Shown: positions 27,431 through 41,600 of the stretch, one piece after another
Layout of the letters: the number at the start of each line of letters is the position of its first letter
Numbering within the stretch: position 1 is the stretch's first letter
Assembly (NCBI GenBank): GCA_047495785.1
Contig: JBLDXI010000001.1
Coordinates: 3,410,001 to 3,474,000 of the forward strand
Direction of reading: 5' to 3'
Source: Lepidodermella squamata
Lineage: Eukaryota; Animalia; Gastrotricha
Length of the DNA stretch: 64,000 nucleotides
Translations under genes and position numbers: made by a program
Notes under the pieces: generated by a model
What the model was told of the DNA's origin: nothing
Seen by the model: only the letters and a program-made list of their open reading frames with translations
Databases searched by the model: none

Positions 27431-28225
27431 CAGCAAGCGGTGATCAATAAACAATTAATAGGAACACTTCCCCTATTTCAGAAAATTTAATATTCAATCC
27501 ATGAACTTCTGAATTGCGTATTGATCACCTGAAAATAGAAAACTTTTCACCTAATGGGGCGACGGGCACCGCTTTCGACGTCTCTGTTACTTTCGTGAAA
27601 GCGAAGAAGCTGAGAAACTCACGCGCGATTCGATTCAATTCGTTCCATTTATTTACCACAGCCCATCAGGTTGACAATTTCAAATTTTAACAGATATACA
27701 GAGAAAAAACACACAAGCTAGAGCAATGAAATAAATTACAATTATAATTAAAACCTGTTAATCACATGATCAACAGGGAAATTGACTTCACATTGACTGT
27801 TTCGACTTCTCTCAACCATAGGATAAAAATATTCAATTCATTCGAGGATTTAGAGTTTTACCCTCTCGGGCATTTTGCGGTCTAAAATCTACCTGAAAAA
27901 TTCTGTTTGCGAGCGAAGCGAGCTTTAGAAGACGCTTTTTGGACATTTTCAACCCGAAAATGGGCTGACATGCGTTAAAATATGGGCGAAGATTCATGAG
28001 GAAAATTGTAGTTAGAGACCACATTCAGGAATTTTATGGGGGTTAATATCCCCCGGTCGCCCTTCCCCCTGCGTCTACACCCCTGGGAGAAAGATCTCTC
28101 GGCTGTAGGGCACGTGCCGCTTTCAAAATATCGATAGTCGCGCTTATTCGAGTTTTATATTTTTCATCTCTCGACTAAAGAACCTAGGCAAGCGCCTAGG
28201 TCGCCTAGGTCGAAGGCCGTGTCTG

Positions 28226-29033
28226 GCTGCAAGCCCTCCACGGTAGCAGTTTTCTGCTCATCGTCAACTCCCAAATACAGTGGTTCCTTGTTGAGCACAG
28301 CTTTTGCGAGGTCGTCAATCTTTGAAGTGACAGTTGCTGAAAACAGCATCGTTTGCCGGTCAGTGGGAAGTAATTTTACAACTTTACGCATCTCTCCTTC
28401 GAAGCCAATATCAAGACAACGATCAGCCTCGTCGATGATCAAACATTTCGTGTTGTGGTAAGAAAACTCCTGTGTATTTTGCATGTGGTCGAGCAAACGA
28501 CCAGGGGTTGCTACCAATATATTGACACCTTCCGATAATTGGCAAGCCTCTTCCTTTCGATTAGCACCACCCATTACTAACCCGAAGGTGTGCTTGTGAT
28601 GAGCCATCAATTGGCGAAGGATTCCAAGAGTTTGAAGAGCCAGCTCGCGTGTTGGCGACAAAATAATAGCACCAGTGCCGTTACGTGTTTTCATTCCGAT
28701 CTTTTTCATCATTTCAACCACTGGAATGAGAAACGCTAAAGTTTTACCACTTCCTGTTCTAGCCGAGCACATGACGTCGCGGCCTTCCAACAGAGGAGGC
28801 AGAGTGAGCTTTTGAACATGAGTCATGAATGAAAACTTCATATCTTTTAGCGCCTGTTGCGTCTCTGGCGATAGCTTGTCCGCCAAAGAAGAGAATTCAG
28901 TATCAGACAGAATTTTGGATCTGGCACCAGCGACATTCTCTTCAGCCTCTGCAGATTGTGTGCTTCCACTCGCATCCTCGCTCTGTGAGTTCACAGCAGA
29001 ACTGTTGGAGGCAATTTTATCTTCATCAGACAT
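28226..29033 (-). pseudogene. DDX18: 3'-truncated duplicate of DDX18 (RecA1 domain only); the ORF runs on into unrelated sequence to 28164
   Basis: 28226-29180 is a near copy of 24303-25286, with a 24-nt in-frame deletion (ENDSEDGS), several substitutions and loss of motifs IV-VI. Confidence 0.88.
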
Positions 29034-29404
29034 TCCGCAAGGTGTTCAAGAATTTAGTAATCAAACACGAATAAAATATCTAAGCAACTGAAAAAGAAAA
29101 ATCGAATGCATAGAATCTAAAAGCCCATTGCTGCTATATGCAAAAAAACGCTCCATGCGGTACCTCCATTCATGATAATTGTACAACAATTAAATTACCT
29201 TTCCATCGCGTGTTTGTCTGTTATCTCCATTCTCCCATATAAACCAAAGATCAGCTGGGCATGATAGGTGCCGAATGCTTCTGAATCGCGTAGTAGCTTC
29301 ACCTGAAAATTGAAAATACTTCACCTGTGACGATACCTGATGGGGCGACGGGCACCGCTTACGACGTCTCTGCTGCTTTCGCGAAAGCGAAGAAGCTGAG
29401 AAAC

Positions 29405-29427
29405 TCACGCGCGTGACTAGTCACGTG
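29405..29427. promoter_or_regulatory. Candidate DDX18 promoter element: overlapping palindromes and a CACGTG E-box
   Basis: TCACGCGCGTGA (29405-29416), CGTGACTAGTCACG (29412-29425) and CACGTG (29422-29427), directly upstream of putative non-coding 5' exons. Confidence 0.4.
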
Positions 29428-29814
29428 GTATATGCAATATACAATTTAAATCCGTTTTATATAAGTATATTAATATTTTTGAATGTTTATGTATTTATTT
29501 ATGTCAAGGTTGTATGTTGGGAAATTTGAATTTGTTCCTTGTTTTGAGTGAAGTGGCCCTCAGAGTGCTGTGTCTCCCGCGTTAATTTCTTTCTTGGCAC
29601 TTGGCACGCTTCGATCTTCGAACTGATTATTCTGTGGGCCATCGAACAGTTTTATATTACTGATGCTTGATAATTGCTTGCTTACATACGGCTTTGTTAA
29701 TATTTAATATTTATCTTCATAGTTGTCATTTTGTCGGCTCGTCGCTTTTCATATCGTTCATCGCTTTTCTCATCGTTTAGTCTTTTCCTATCAAGTAACC
29801 GATCCTTCGGAATC

Positions 29815-29962
29815 GATAACCTGTCTCGACGACATTACTCGTTTGAGGAAAGTTGCTGCTGACCGTGAGTGTTGGAAGAGGGTGGTGGATGTTGCGGCCT
29901 CCTTAGGAGAGCAGTGAAATGTTTTCACAACATGAACAATTAACACTATTACTACTACTACT
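29815..29962 (+). mobile_element. 3' end of a 5'-truncated RTE-like non-LTR retrotransposon
   Basis: LRKVAADRECWKRVV..* resembles the RTE ORF C-terminal A-x-DR-x-x-W motif, followed by a short UTR and an (ACT)n tail. Confidence 0.55.
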
Positions 29963-30314
29963 TATCATTTCTTCTCCAAGTTTTCCTCTCTTTAAAGACG
30001 CGAGTTTTGCGGATAAAATGTATTCGCGAACGCATTGCGAGAAGCCGTTATTATAATCAAGCGCACCAGCTTATATCTTTCACCTGACCTCTGCTTTTTC
30101 TCGCTTCTCGACCCTGGATCCTGAGTATGATGTTTGATTTGATCACATGTGATCTATGATCTGTGAGCTCTTGCATCAAACAGCTCTGCGAACGAGTGGA
30201 ATAAGAAGTGACCTGGTGAATATCAACTAGCTAACAGTGCTCTAGTCGTCACTCTTCCATCCCTATTTGAGTATCTTATAATGAGCGTTTTTTGCTTAGT
30301 ATTTAAATTTATTT

Positions 30315-33229
30315 ATGAGCGCAGCAAACATTTTCGTAGCTGTGCGAGTGCGCCCTCCGAATGAAGCAGAGGCTCAATCACAGAAGAGGAGCGTGGTGGA
30401 AGTCATCGACGATCGAATGCTCGTGTTCGATCCCGCTGAGGAGCAGAACTTCGGCATGCCTGCGAAGCGTCGTTACAATATGCTGATGCATAAGAACAAA
30501 GACGTCAAATTTGCTTTCGATCGGGTTTTTGGCCCAGAATGCTCAAATAGCGAAGTATTCGAGCAAACATCGAAGCCCCTTATCACCAAACTTCTTGATG
30601 GCTACAATTGTTCAGGTAAATGAGTTATGCGCTGTAAAGTAGTGTCCTCAAACCATTTTTAAAATAGTTTTCGCGTACGGTGCTACTGGTGCTGGTAAAA
30701 CTCATACGATGCTGGGTTCCTCGTCACATCGCGGCATCATGTACCATACTATGTGCGAGCTGTTCGAGCAGATAGAAAATATTCGCGAAGAAAAAGCTGT
30801 AGAAGTCAGCGTTTCGTATTTAGAGGTAGGATAGCCCATTAAAAAATTCGATATATTTAATTTATATAATTTTTCAGATATATAATGAGCAGATCAAAGA
30901 TTTACTTAACCCGGGCGTAACTTTGCCGATTCGCGAAGGTTCAGACGGCATTGCCTATGTTACTGACCTTTCGATGCAGAAACCGCGAAATGCGGACGAA
31001 GTTTTTGCGCTATTGGAATTTGGCAACGCCAACCGTACACAACACCCCACTGATGCCAACGCTGAATCATCTCGATCTCACGCACTTTTCCAGGTCTATG
31101 TGAGACAGAAAGACAAGGCGGGCGGCACTGTGGTCGGATGCCACGTTGCTAAACTATCCCTCATTGATTTGGCCGGGTCTGAGCGAGCAATTGTAACGAG
31201 AAATCGCGGCGCTAGATTTCGCGAGGGAGCTAATATCAATCGGTCATTACTCGCCCTGGGTAACTGTATCAACGCACTAGCTGAGGGAAAATCGAAATTC
31301 GTCAATTACCGCGATTCAAAACTGACAAGATTACTGAAAGATTCTCTGGGTGGCAATTGTTACACGGTCATGATCGCAGCCGTCAGGTACTTTTTGTTGC
31401 AAAATATTGAAAAATTCAATTAATTCGTGGAAATATCAGCCCGTCTGGAATGTGGTATGACGATACACACAACACCCTGCAATACGCGAATCGCGCGAAG
31501 AATATCAAGGTCGATGTCACGCAGAATGTTGTCAATGTCGACGCTCGTTTGGGCGATTATCGTCGCATTATTTCTGAGCAGAAGGACGAAATTGCTCGTT
31601 TACGCGATGAGGTTGCTAAATTGCGCGGTGGAACCGTTCAGCTGACCAAGCAAGGAGCGAACGAAGCCGTCCACGCGCTACAAACCTTCGAAGGAGTGCC
31701 TGATCGTTGCCGCGCCGAAACGAGACGAGCCGGTGACAAAATTTTCGATTTGTACAATCAACTGACAAAAGCTCAGCAAGAAAGAGATCGTTTAAGTGCG
31801 CTGCGAATGGACAGAATGCGGCAGTCTCAGAATTTGATGATGCTAGCCGGCAGTTCAATGTCGGATGATCCTAGTTTGAACCATGATTTGTTGGAGGAGC
31901 GGCGGCACGCCCGTGAGGCAGGTTCTTCGTCGCAGAAGGCCGCTCAAACCCTGCTGGCGAAATTGGACCCGATCAATCGGAAAATCGATGAATTGACCAG
32001 AGCTATCGAACAAGCACAGCAGAATGCCGTTGATCGGACGCGGTTGCCTGATACGCTGATTTCAAGTGCTCCGCTTGTCTCGCCGCAACTGACAGCTTGC
32101 CGCAATCTGGCGCGTTATACTTGGGAATTTGCGAGGGAGCTGTGCCAGTCTAAGATTCACAACGCCCGCCTTGAATGTGAACTGCGCTGCCTCAAAACTG
32201 AAGTTGGAATGCTTCGGAAGCGCCAAGCCGACTCAGATGGGTAATTTCTAGCTTAAATTCGAATATTTCATACGCCTTAATTTGCGTGGTTTTCCCCAAA
32301 ATAACGAAAATTTGAACACTTCTCCCATTGAAATTTTCAAAATTCACAAAATCCGATTTTGATTTCGCATTTGTTAATTCACTTTCTCGGGTGGTTGCTA
32401 ATATTTTCTTTGGCAAATGCGTTAAAAACCACGAAAATCGTAAATTTTTTCTGTTAATTTGTTTACTAATCGACTGTTTTCTTATTTAAGGTTTATCCGT
32501 TGCATGTTGGAGAGCATTGCTCGTCTAAAATCGGCCCCGATAACGAACCAGGCTCGCGGTTTCCTGCTCAAACCGGCCAGTTTCACCGCCCCATCGGTCG
32601 ATCAACTCGCCGCCTCGACTTCAAACGCCTACTGGCTACCTTCAGAGCCTCGCCAAGACGCAGCGGGTCAAGACGAAAATGCCTCGCCCGATTCAGACGA
32701 GGAAGCGGCGGGAGACACCGTTCTAAACCGGACGGTGACTAAATCCAAGGGAATGAACCGCTCATCGTCGTGTTCTGGCCTCCAGCAACAGCAACAAATG
32801 CAGACTTTGATGCGAAACACCGCGGCTCTGGCGATTTCAAACCGGCCAAATCTGCCGAGGTCCACGTCAAAGCAGCCGCCGACAAACCGGCTGGTCGGTA
32901 AGGCGGTGATCGACGTACCGCCCCCTGGTAATACCCGACCCAGGTTGAACCGGGCCGCGGCTAGTGCCAGCGTGTTACCGTCGCCCTTCAAACGCGCTCG
33001 AGGTCTCTACAGCATCAACGAAGCCGCTGGTTCGTCGAATATGAACAAAATCGAGGAGGACGGCTCGCCGATTATCGACTCGCCTCGGGTTCGAAAAACG
33101 CCGCAACGATACGAAGCTTCAAGCGCGTTCAACCGCCTCGGAAAACCCCTCACCCCATCTCACTCGCCTGCGAAACGCTCCAAGGCGACGAAAACGCTGA
33201 AGGACAGAATTTTCGATCGCTTCAAATGA
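30315..33229 (+). CDS. KIF18: Kinesin-8 family motor (KIF18-like), 5 exons
   Basis: VAVRVRP, FAFDRVF, P-loop [13 protein letters not shown], kinesin-8-type [42 protein letters not shown], followed by coiled coil and a low-complexity tail. Confidence 0.93.
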
Positions 33230-33590
33230 ATTGTTGTGTATTTCTGGCGGCGTCGATATAGCATATTGGCCGGTGTTTGTTGTTGGCGTTTTGTTGGTCA
33301 CTTTTATAGTGTAATTGTAACTCAATTTTTTATGAACAACTGACTTGTGTAAAAACGTGCTTGTGTCTTGTTGAATAAGTCGCTATTATATGATGATTTT
33401 ATTGTGTTTGTTCTCCTGCTGCCGTAATTTCTCCGTTGTAACATATTTACCAACTTTGTTTTGCCTGTAACAATCTTTTGCGCCTTAATTTTCGCTTCAT
33501 CAACCTCAGGTCTTATTCCGGTCGATTTTTCATATCGAAATAAAACATGACAAAACTTGGGTTTTTATTTCATATTATTTTGACTTGATT

Positions 33591-36500
33591 TCAACGATTA
33601 GCCTCTGACATTTGTCTATAAATCGGGTCTTCAGCACTTGGTGACTTTCCGAATCGGTGGCGAACGTGACTTGAGAGAGCGTCTCTCGGCCCTACGACAT
33701 TGACATGGCGCAGTTTAGCCAGGCGGCAAACTGCAGATTCTAGACGAGACAGGCCGTTTCGAACAACATCGGCGCCATGACGTTGTTCTTCGACTACAGT
33801 AGATACACCGCGGACTATCAGACCTAGCGGGTCTTGGACGTATTTTCTAGAGTAAACATCGTAGCCGTCCAAGTGTTGAAGTCGCTCGACAAGTAACGAG
33901 CAAACAGCCTATTAAAATCAAGAAAAAAATCACATGCAAAGTTCGAAATTTTTGTTTTCATTTATGGAAAGTCTGAAATTAAGCCGGAAATTTGTATGAG
34001 ATACCAAATCCCACTTTTCTGTTGCCTTCAACGATTTTTTCAAAAATCCTTGCGTAGAACAGGCCTTCCGAAACGGGGTAAAGCGAACCTCTTACGGGTC
34101 GCCGAGCAATTTTGATTAAACCACAAAATACCGCTTTCTTGGGTGTTCTCCGCTGCGATATCTTTCAGAATTCTTGACGTTTTACTAGATTTTCAAGTCT
34201 CAGATAAGCCTCAGAAAAAAATAATGGAAAACTATTTAACCAGAGAGAGGTAATCGAGTGAGAAGCCCTGGCGTAGACTTGATTATAAAATTATAATTAT
34301 AATTTAATTTTCAAAAAAAATTACTCGAAGTTAATTAATTGAGGCTGAATTTCCGGCGATTTCCTTCAATTATGAGGTACTCCTTAGCGGCAGCTAGCTT
34401 TCGCGCATTTCCCCCTGCTAAATTTCCCAAACTTTTTCGAAAGCTAATGTTTGAAAACTGATGTTTTCAGGCAGGATTGTACGCCAGGGGTGATTTTCTA
34501 TTGGCCATTCATCGGATTTAGATGATACGAAGGGTTGAAAAAATTCGTGAAAATTCAAAAAACTTTAAAATTACATGGTATCTCGCTGTCTTCTTTCGAT
34601 TGGCATCATCGCCGTTTTCAGCTTGACGATTGTCATCAGTACCGTTCACATCAGCAGTTCCATTCGACTTCCTAAAAATCCGCGTTATCACCCATCGAAC
34701 AGCCTCGAACACGTATTCTATCAGGTTGAACGGGATCGGTAAGATATTGTAAGAATCGTAGTGTTTCATCCACAGCGAGGCGCGCATGAACTTCCACTCG
34801 GCATCGCGGTCGTTGTAAATCGTATCAAAGGTCTTGCTCATAATCGCAATCAACATATTGACTAGAACAACGGCTGTAATCATCAGATAGGCTCCATATA
34901 GAACGTAACCAACGCCGACAGTTTGAGACGAAAGACTAGTTTAAAAATCCAAAAATTAAAGAAAAAATTAAGAAAGAAAGAAATTACTTGATAAATATTT
35001 GACGCATTTCCAAGGTCACAGAACTATTTTGATCGGCCAAAGCGTCCATATTGAGGTTAATACTCTGAATTTGTGGCGCGTTGATTTCGCCGATGCCAAA
35101 CGATGACCAGAACAAATCTTTCATCAAAGTCCCCATCCTAAACAAATTTCGAATTGCCTTGCCTTCTCATTTTTCATAACTTGAACTTACGATGAAAAGT
35201 CAGAATTTGTACATGAGTAGTTGACGTAGAGTAAGGAAAGAGCTGAGACAAATCCAAGCATAATAATTGCCCATAGAAAGAGCACGCTTATTGTATCAGC
35301 CTAAAAATTGGGAATTTAGAAGCTAAATTTTTAGGAAATTTCCGATATTTTCAAACCATCATTCTTTGAAAGGCGATTGTTAAAGGCCCGAAAACTGAAC
35401 TGCTCGGCATGACGAAGAGCAGTCGGGCGAATAGGAAAACGTTCCCAAAGGCGATGAGCATATCGGAAATTTGACTCAAATCGTAATTAATCGAAAGCGG
35501 TTTCGTTATAAGGGTCGAAATAACACCCAATTCGCCCATTCGACATCGATACACTGTATCGCAATAGTATCCCTGAGAGGAATTTGCCATAAAATGAAGG
35601 AATTTTTGGAAATCTAAATATTACTCGGTACATAGGGTCTTGAGAAATCATCGCAGCAATTACGCCATCCAGCAAAAATCCGGTCATGAAGCACAACAAA
35701 CCTAACCAGTCGACAATATTGCCCATATCCTGACAGAAATATAGGTGAAAAATTGATTTTTCGATCCGAAAATTCCTACTTTTAGGTGGTCTTTGACACT
35801 TCTCAGATGAATCATTTCTCGGCAATGACCAGCCATAAAGCCTGAAAATTTTAAATTTTCTTCTCAGATTTTTTCGGATTTTTTTCCATTTTTACCAATT
35901 ATCCATAGGATCATGAGTCCTTTCCAGACGTAAAAATCCGTATGACCCTGGCTCGAGCAAACACTGTCCCACAGGGCGTGAGGCTGCGAGTCTAAAAGCG
36001 TGCGAAAAACAATGACGAGGAAAGTGACCGTCGACACGGTTCGGTGCAAATACTTGACGTAAGGCGAGCTCATGATCGCCTTCACCTGCCGCGGACAGCA
36101 CGGTATAAGGTAGAGCAGCGACGAGAACGGATACGAAACGACGGCGGCGAGCGTGAACAGGAAAAACACGGTGTAGCCGCGAAGTGACAGCCATTCAACG
36201 CCGCGGTACCATTCGTTCAACGCGTAGCGCTGCGTCACCGGGTGGGCGATGAATTTCTTCTGGCCGTAATGTATAGCCATGTTTATAGCTGCGAGTTTGT
36301 TTTCAGGTGTCAGCGTCGTTGTTTCCTTTTCTCTATCGCTGAGCAAATTGCCGTGAGATAGAATAATGGTTGTCTCATCGCTACCCTGGCACTGGTTGAA
36401 AAGATCTACCGCGAAAATTCTACACGCTTCTGCAAGCTCTCGGTACTCAATCTTAAAAGAAAAAACAATGAAAAATCATTTTTCGGTGTTTTTGGAATAA

Positions 36501-37947
36501 TTTGTTATTTAAAAAATTCATGAAAAATTTATAAAAATATTTCTGCTCTAAATTTTCCCGATTCCTTGTGATTTTGACTTCTTCTTTTCTTTATCGATAA
36601 TGACTATAATAATCTCTGATGACGGAAAAATCACTGATTTATTATATCGATCCTTGAAATCGATGCCAGCTGATGAAAAACTGACCACTCATATCGCAAA
36701 TTACGCTATCAGTTTTGGGCGTGAAAAATACAGATTCTAGGAAAGACGTAAAACCTCAAATTTAGTTGGAACCCGATATTTGGGATAAGCACTTGGCACC
36801 TGGAAATTTCCTAGAATTATTTTTAAAATTCCTTTGTCTGTTTTTAATTGAGATTTTTTAATACTCCGACTCTTAATTTGTTAAATCAAAGTAGTTGAGC
36901 TAGTTGCGGGCTAAATTAATTAATGGAAATCCTAAGTGTCGTACAGTTGAGGAGGACAGGCATGAGTAACGCAATCTTTTATATTTATGAAATTATTATA
37001 GTAAAGCCTACACTGTAATCACTCTCGATTTTCGACAGCATATCCAGCTCGACGCTCAATTTGAACGACTCGATAAACGGATCAACGGCTAGTGACAGAT
37101 AGGCATTAGTAGCCATCGCACTATAAGCAGCTAGGCGCGACCGTGAAAAGTGAACAAAATCCAATTGTCGCATGTTCCTAGTATGGACAGACAAATTAAA
37201 GAGTTTTTCTGAGAAATTGGACAAAAAACAGCAAATTTACGTGCACTCGCGGCATGAGCAGAAATAATTGTGGGGCCTGGTTATAAGACACATGGAAAGT
37301 CATGTGATCATGCGAAATTCGGGTATAATTCAACGGTTACTTTTTAATCGTAAAACCGGCTTCAACAAGCTGTCTCACAATTTCCGTATTGCCACGGATC
37401 GCGGCTAAAGTTAACGGATTGCCCTCGGGGCGTCTCAGGTCATGTGGGCGGAAATGAGGTCGGAGCGGGTCGGGGCCCGCAGTTGAAAATTCATCATTGC
37501 TCGAGCCCAAATCGGTCAACAGAAATATGTTCTTTTTACGCTTGAGTAAAGCCGATCTTAATAACTGATAAATTGAATGAAAATATTATTGAAATATAAT
37601 TTATCAAATATATTTCAAAATTATACCAGCTTCAACGCGGTTGAGTTGTCTCGGGCAACCGCTCCAAATATAGCAACTCGAATGTGACTCAGATTAGCTC
37701 TTGGTAGTAGTAATTCTAACAATTCTTAGAAAATTCTGAATATATTAACAATGATCAATATTTGATCTGAATTACCACAATCTTCCTGATCGATAGCGAG
37801 CTGTAACGGAAATTTCCCGCTCTCGTTGACGATATTCGGATCGAATTGCGGATTCGCTAAAAACCTACTCAGAGCCTCGTAGTTGGTCGTTTGGATAGCT
37901 GAAAAAAACTCAGCGGCCGTGTTTGCAACCGAATTTCGGCTAGGCAT
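33591..37947 (-). CDS. TRPC-like (canonical TRP) cation channel, multi-exon
   Basis: N-terminal ankyrin repeats, PHNYFCSCREC zinc motif, SRSRLAAYSAMA..DPFIESFKLS, KKFIAHP, pore LFWSSFG, S6 VLVNMLIAIMS, TRP box EWKFMRASLW. Confidence 0.9.
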
Positions 37948-38633
37948 TTTTGAAATTGCTGAAAATTTCTCCTACTTTATAGCACAACTTCTTCGCTCGA
38001 TTCGCACACCTCGACCTGTCAAGCTGCATTTTTCACCCACGTGTCAAGTTCAATTAAGCTTAAATAACGTGTCACAATCCGAACAATTGAGTCAGTATAA
38101 TTTATTTGTTCTTTTATTCACTTCACAAAAACGAATTGACATTGATCGTTTTATATTATAATTTTAAAATGAAGATAGAAACGTGCTATAGCGGCCGTGT
38201 TTTCTCAATGCAGGTCAGTTTTTGTAGCGAAAATAGTAATTGCGACTCGTTAAATAAGCATGTGGATATATATTGCATGGCGCTAACGTTGGAAGCGAGA
38301 GATACTAAAGAACTACAAAAATTATACATTTTAGTTGAAAATATTGAAATAAATGACACATATCAGAATGCAGCAGGAGATGCTTGACACTTCAAACCCG
38401 TGATTGAATTTATTTTGAATGAAATAAGGCATGCTTTAATAAATTTTTTCGGCATCTTTCAAACAAGGCACAACCTTACAGATAGATTCTTTTGCTGTAA
38501 TAATACGAAATTTGAAGGAGCAGATCGCGAAAGCACCGAGACAGCATCAAGTGTATGAAATTCAAAAAAGGCGGAAAATATTTATATATATTATCTCGTA
38601 AGCCACTTTCAACAATTTTTCTAGCTAAATTTT

Positions 38634-41600
38634 CTAGTCCATCAAATTCAACAGCATTGCGTCGACTGAGGGAGATGGCGTGAACGGGCGTAAAGACCTC
38701 TTAGGGACAAAACCTTTCGTCACGCCCGTGTCGACAAACCACCGTTCCGCTTGGCCGGTTGGGTCGTGGCGTTTCACGATGCCAACTAGGGCGCCGCTAG
38801 GCAGGGCTAAATCCATCGGTTGCCGCGTTACAGTCGGTTCAACAGTGATAAATAGGTCCGAAACTGGGTAGGCATTGCGCAGAGTCGATGAACTGGACGT
38901 GTCAATTAGTGGCGGGGGGATGTTTGGCGTGGTGAGTTGAATCGGAGTAGTAACGCTGGGTCTTTGAAATGGCGTTAGGCTATCTGTCGTTGTTTTGCTG
39001 CCATTGACTAAAATGGGTAAAATTTTTGACATTCAATTTACATCTAAGCCATTCAGTGACAAGTGTCTTGTTATAAGGTCAAGCCAAAATGTCTCCTCAA
39101 ATTATGTCTTAAAAAATAACCCACGGCGAGCAAATTTCTGCGAAAAATAACAGATGCTAGAAATTTAATTTATCAAGATAATTAACTGAGGAATTGGATA
39201 CTTTCCAGAACGAAGGATGATTATTTTCCATTATCTTCGAACTAGTTATACAACTTCAAAATGAAAGTTTCGAAGTATATACAAATTCACCAGTAAGATT
39301 GCATCCCAAGTAATTTCTTATCGTCATTTTCAATAAAATTATTTTTCGCCTTTTATCAAAAATCCTGAAATTTTTAGAAACTTATCAGTTTTTTATTTCG
39401 AGCCCCTATTATTATTCTGCATGAAAAACGGGTGTTGTTTTCACAAATGAGTGCAATAAGAGCAATCTGACAAAAAACGGCAATATTCATTAAATTTGTT
39501 TACCCCTAAAAGCGAAAAAGCCCTCAGCTATTCAGATCTCTCTTGAGGATATCTACAGAATTATTGAAACGTGTAAATATGGCTGGCGTGAATAGAATGC
39601 AATAACACAATTTTCTATTTATCAACGATAATCGAGTACATAAATTGGCCCAATTTACATTTAGAGAGTGAAAATCGACGAAAATAATGAAAACTATCGC
39701 TTACATGGCATTGGGCTTTTGCGATTTGATTCGGCTTTGACAAAGCTGAAAACGCTCATTTGCGACAAACTCCGCGACAAATTCGCAGACGCCGCGACAC
39801 TCGTCGTTTGAGGATTCAAAGCCGTAGCCGCCGATCTCGCAATCATTGAATAATGCCGCAGAAATGACACGAAAGACAGCAATAAAATGCGGTAAGAAAA
39901 TCGGCACAACGACGGCAATTCTTCCGATAACTGCGCATTTATCGCAACAAAGTCAGTTCGAGCTGTTGTTAAAGCAGCGTCATGCTCACTGTTGCCATTG
40001 TTCGATTCTTGATGGCCACTTAGCCGGCGGAAATCTAGCAATTTATCCTGCCGTTTTTTCATAACATGAGCCGGGCCTTGGAATAAATCGACAAGTTGCC
40101 GCAGCGGGTCGACAGATAACGCGTTAATTTTTCCGACCCGGTTCGACGTAGGGCCGGTATCAAATGCGCGGAAAAACTGCTCGCGGAATACGCCAATTTG
40201 CGATACAGAAACATCGCCCGCCGCAAATTCATTCACAGACGTAACCAATTCACGCTGAGCGGCTGCAAATTCGTTGTATGTCTCGGTCCAACGCTGTAAT
40301 AAGCGAACCGTTTGCCGAAACAGCCGATCAACAGCCTGAAATTCTTGCTCACGGCGGTTGAACTCCTCGTCCATTAACGCCGGTGAAAAACTGATTGAAT
40401 CAGACAACCGCTGGGAGAAACGGCCTGTTTTCTTCCGAATCGTATGAGCACTGATTGCTTTTGATAAACGCGTGGTTAACGACGGCGATCGGCGGTATTT
40501 CAACACCAAATCCAACCTACGCCTGGTTTCGTTTAACCGGCTCGTTAGGGTGGATAACTGGCCTGAGGCTGATGCTAGGGCCTCCGTGTCAGGATGTTGC
40601 GGCGCGGTGCTGCGGATAAGTTCCGACAACAATAACGGGTATTTCAAAATTCGTTGTACTGGTTTGAGGAGTATCGACTCTAGGCTGAAAGCTGACGTTC
40701 GTTGTTGTTTCATAATTTCCGTCACTTTTTGAACATATTCACGCGTCGCATCTACAGCGGTTAAACGGGTAAGAAACGCCGCTGCTCCGGGCTGGTGTTG
40801 GCAATAACGGCTATACACAGATTCTAGTTCATTCGATAATTTAACAAAGCAACTTCCGATTAATTGCGCATCCTTCGGCTTATTTGTCTCGTATTTCAAT
40901 GCGTCAAGCAACCTGCGACTCACTTCGGCCACTTCAGACATATTGCCGAGTAACGGGTGGCTAGTACCCGGTGAAATTTGACAGGCAAAACCGGCACCAA
41001 CTTGCGGCACTGGGGTGGTATTTATCACCTTGACACATAATTCAAGGTCAGCCAAATAACTTTCTTCAGTAGAAATAAGCTCTTCAATAACTTTGGCACG
41101 TTTATCGCCAGATACGCTGTTCCTTTGAGCTGATAAATTAGCCGGCGGGGGTCGCTCCGGTTTGTAAGCTGGTAAAAATTGGGCGGTGCTTGGTGATTCA
41201 TTCGCCGCTGGGCTGAACATCAAGTTGGGACTCTTTGACCCAGAATCAACAAATGACGACGATCTTTGCTGCTTAGTCGGCAATAGCGTCAAATTTGAAG
41301 GCGGCGATAACGACGGCTGAGGTCTCGGCCTCGCAATACCATACTGTTGAGGAGGTTGTGGCAGTAGGGGTGGCGAGATCGCCGGGGGTCTTGATGCATT
41401 TGTTGACGACGTTGCCAGACTGAGAAGATCGAAATCGAGTTGTGTAGGCTGTAAAATGCCTGTTGTTTGTTTTGGCACTTGAGATGGCGGGGGTGGCCTC
41501 GAGGGCGGTGTGGCTTGGTATGTTTTCTCAGCCACTGCCCTATTCATCTCATACTTGACTAAGTCGTCGAGTGAAAACGAGCTGTTTAGCTGAGACAACG

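Noticed and set aside
39008-39032. Standalone ORF start MSKILPIL at 39032
   Set aside because: It is intronic; the phase-compatible acceptor at 39008 makes the rest the last DNMBP exon.
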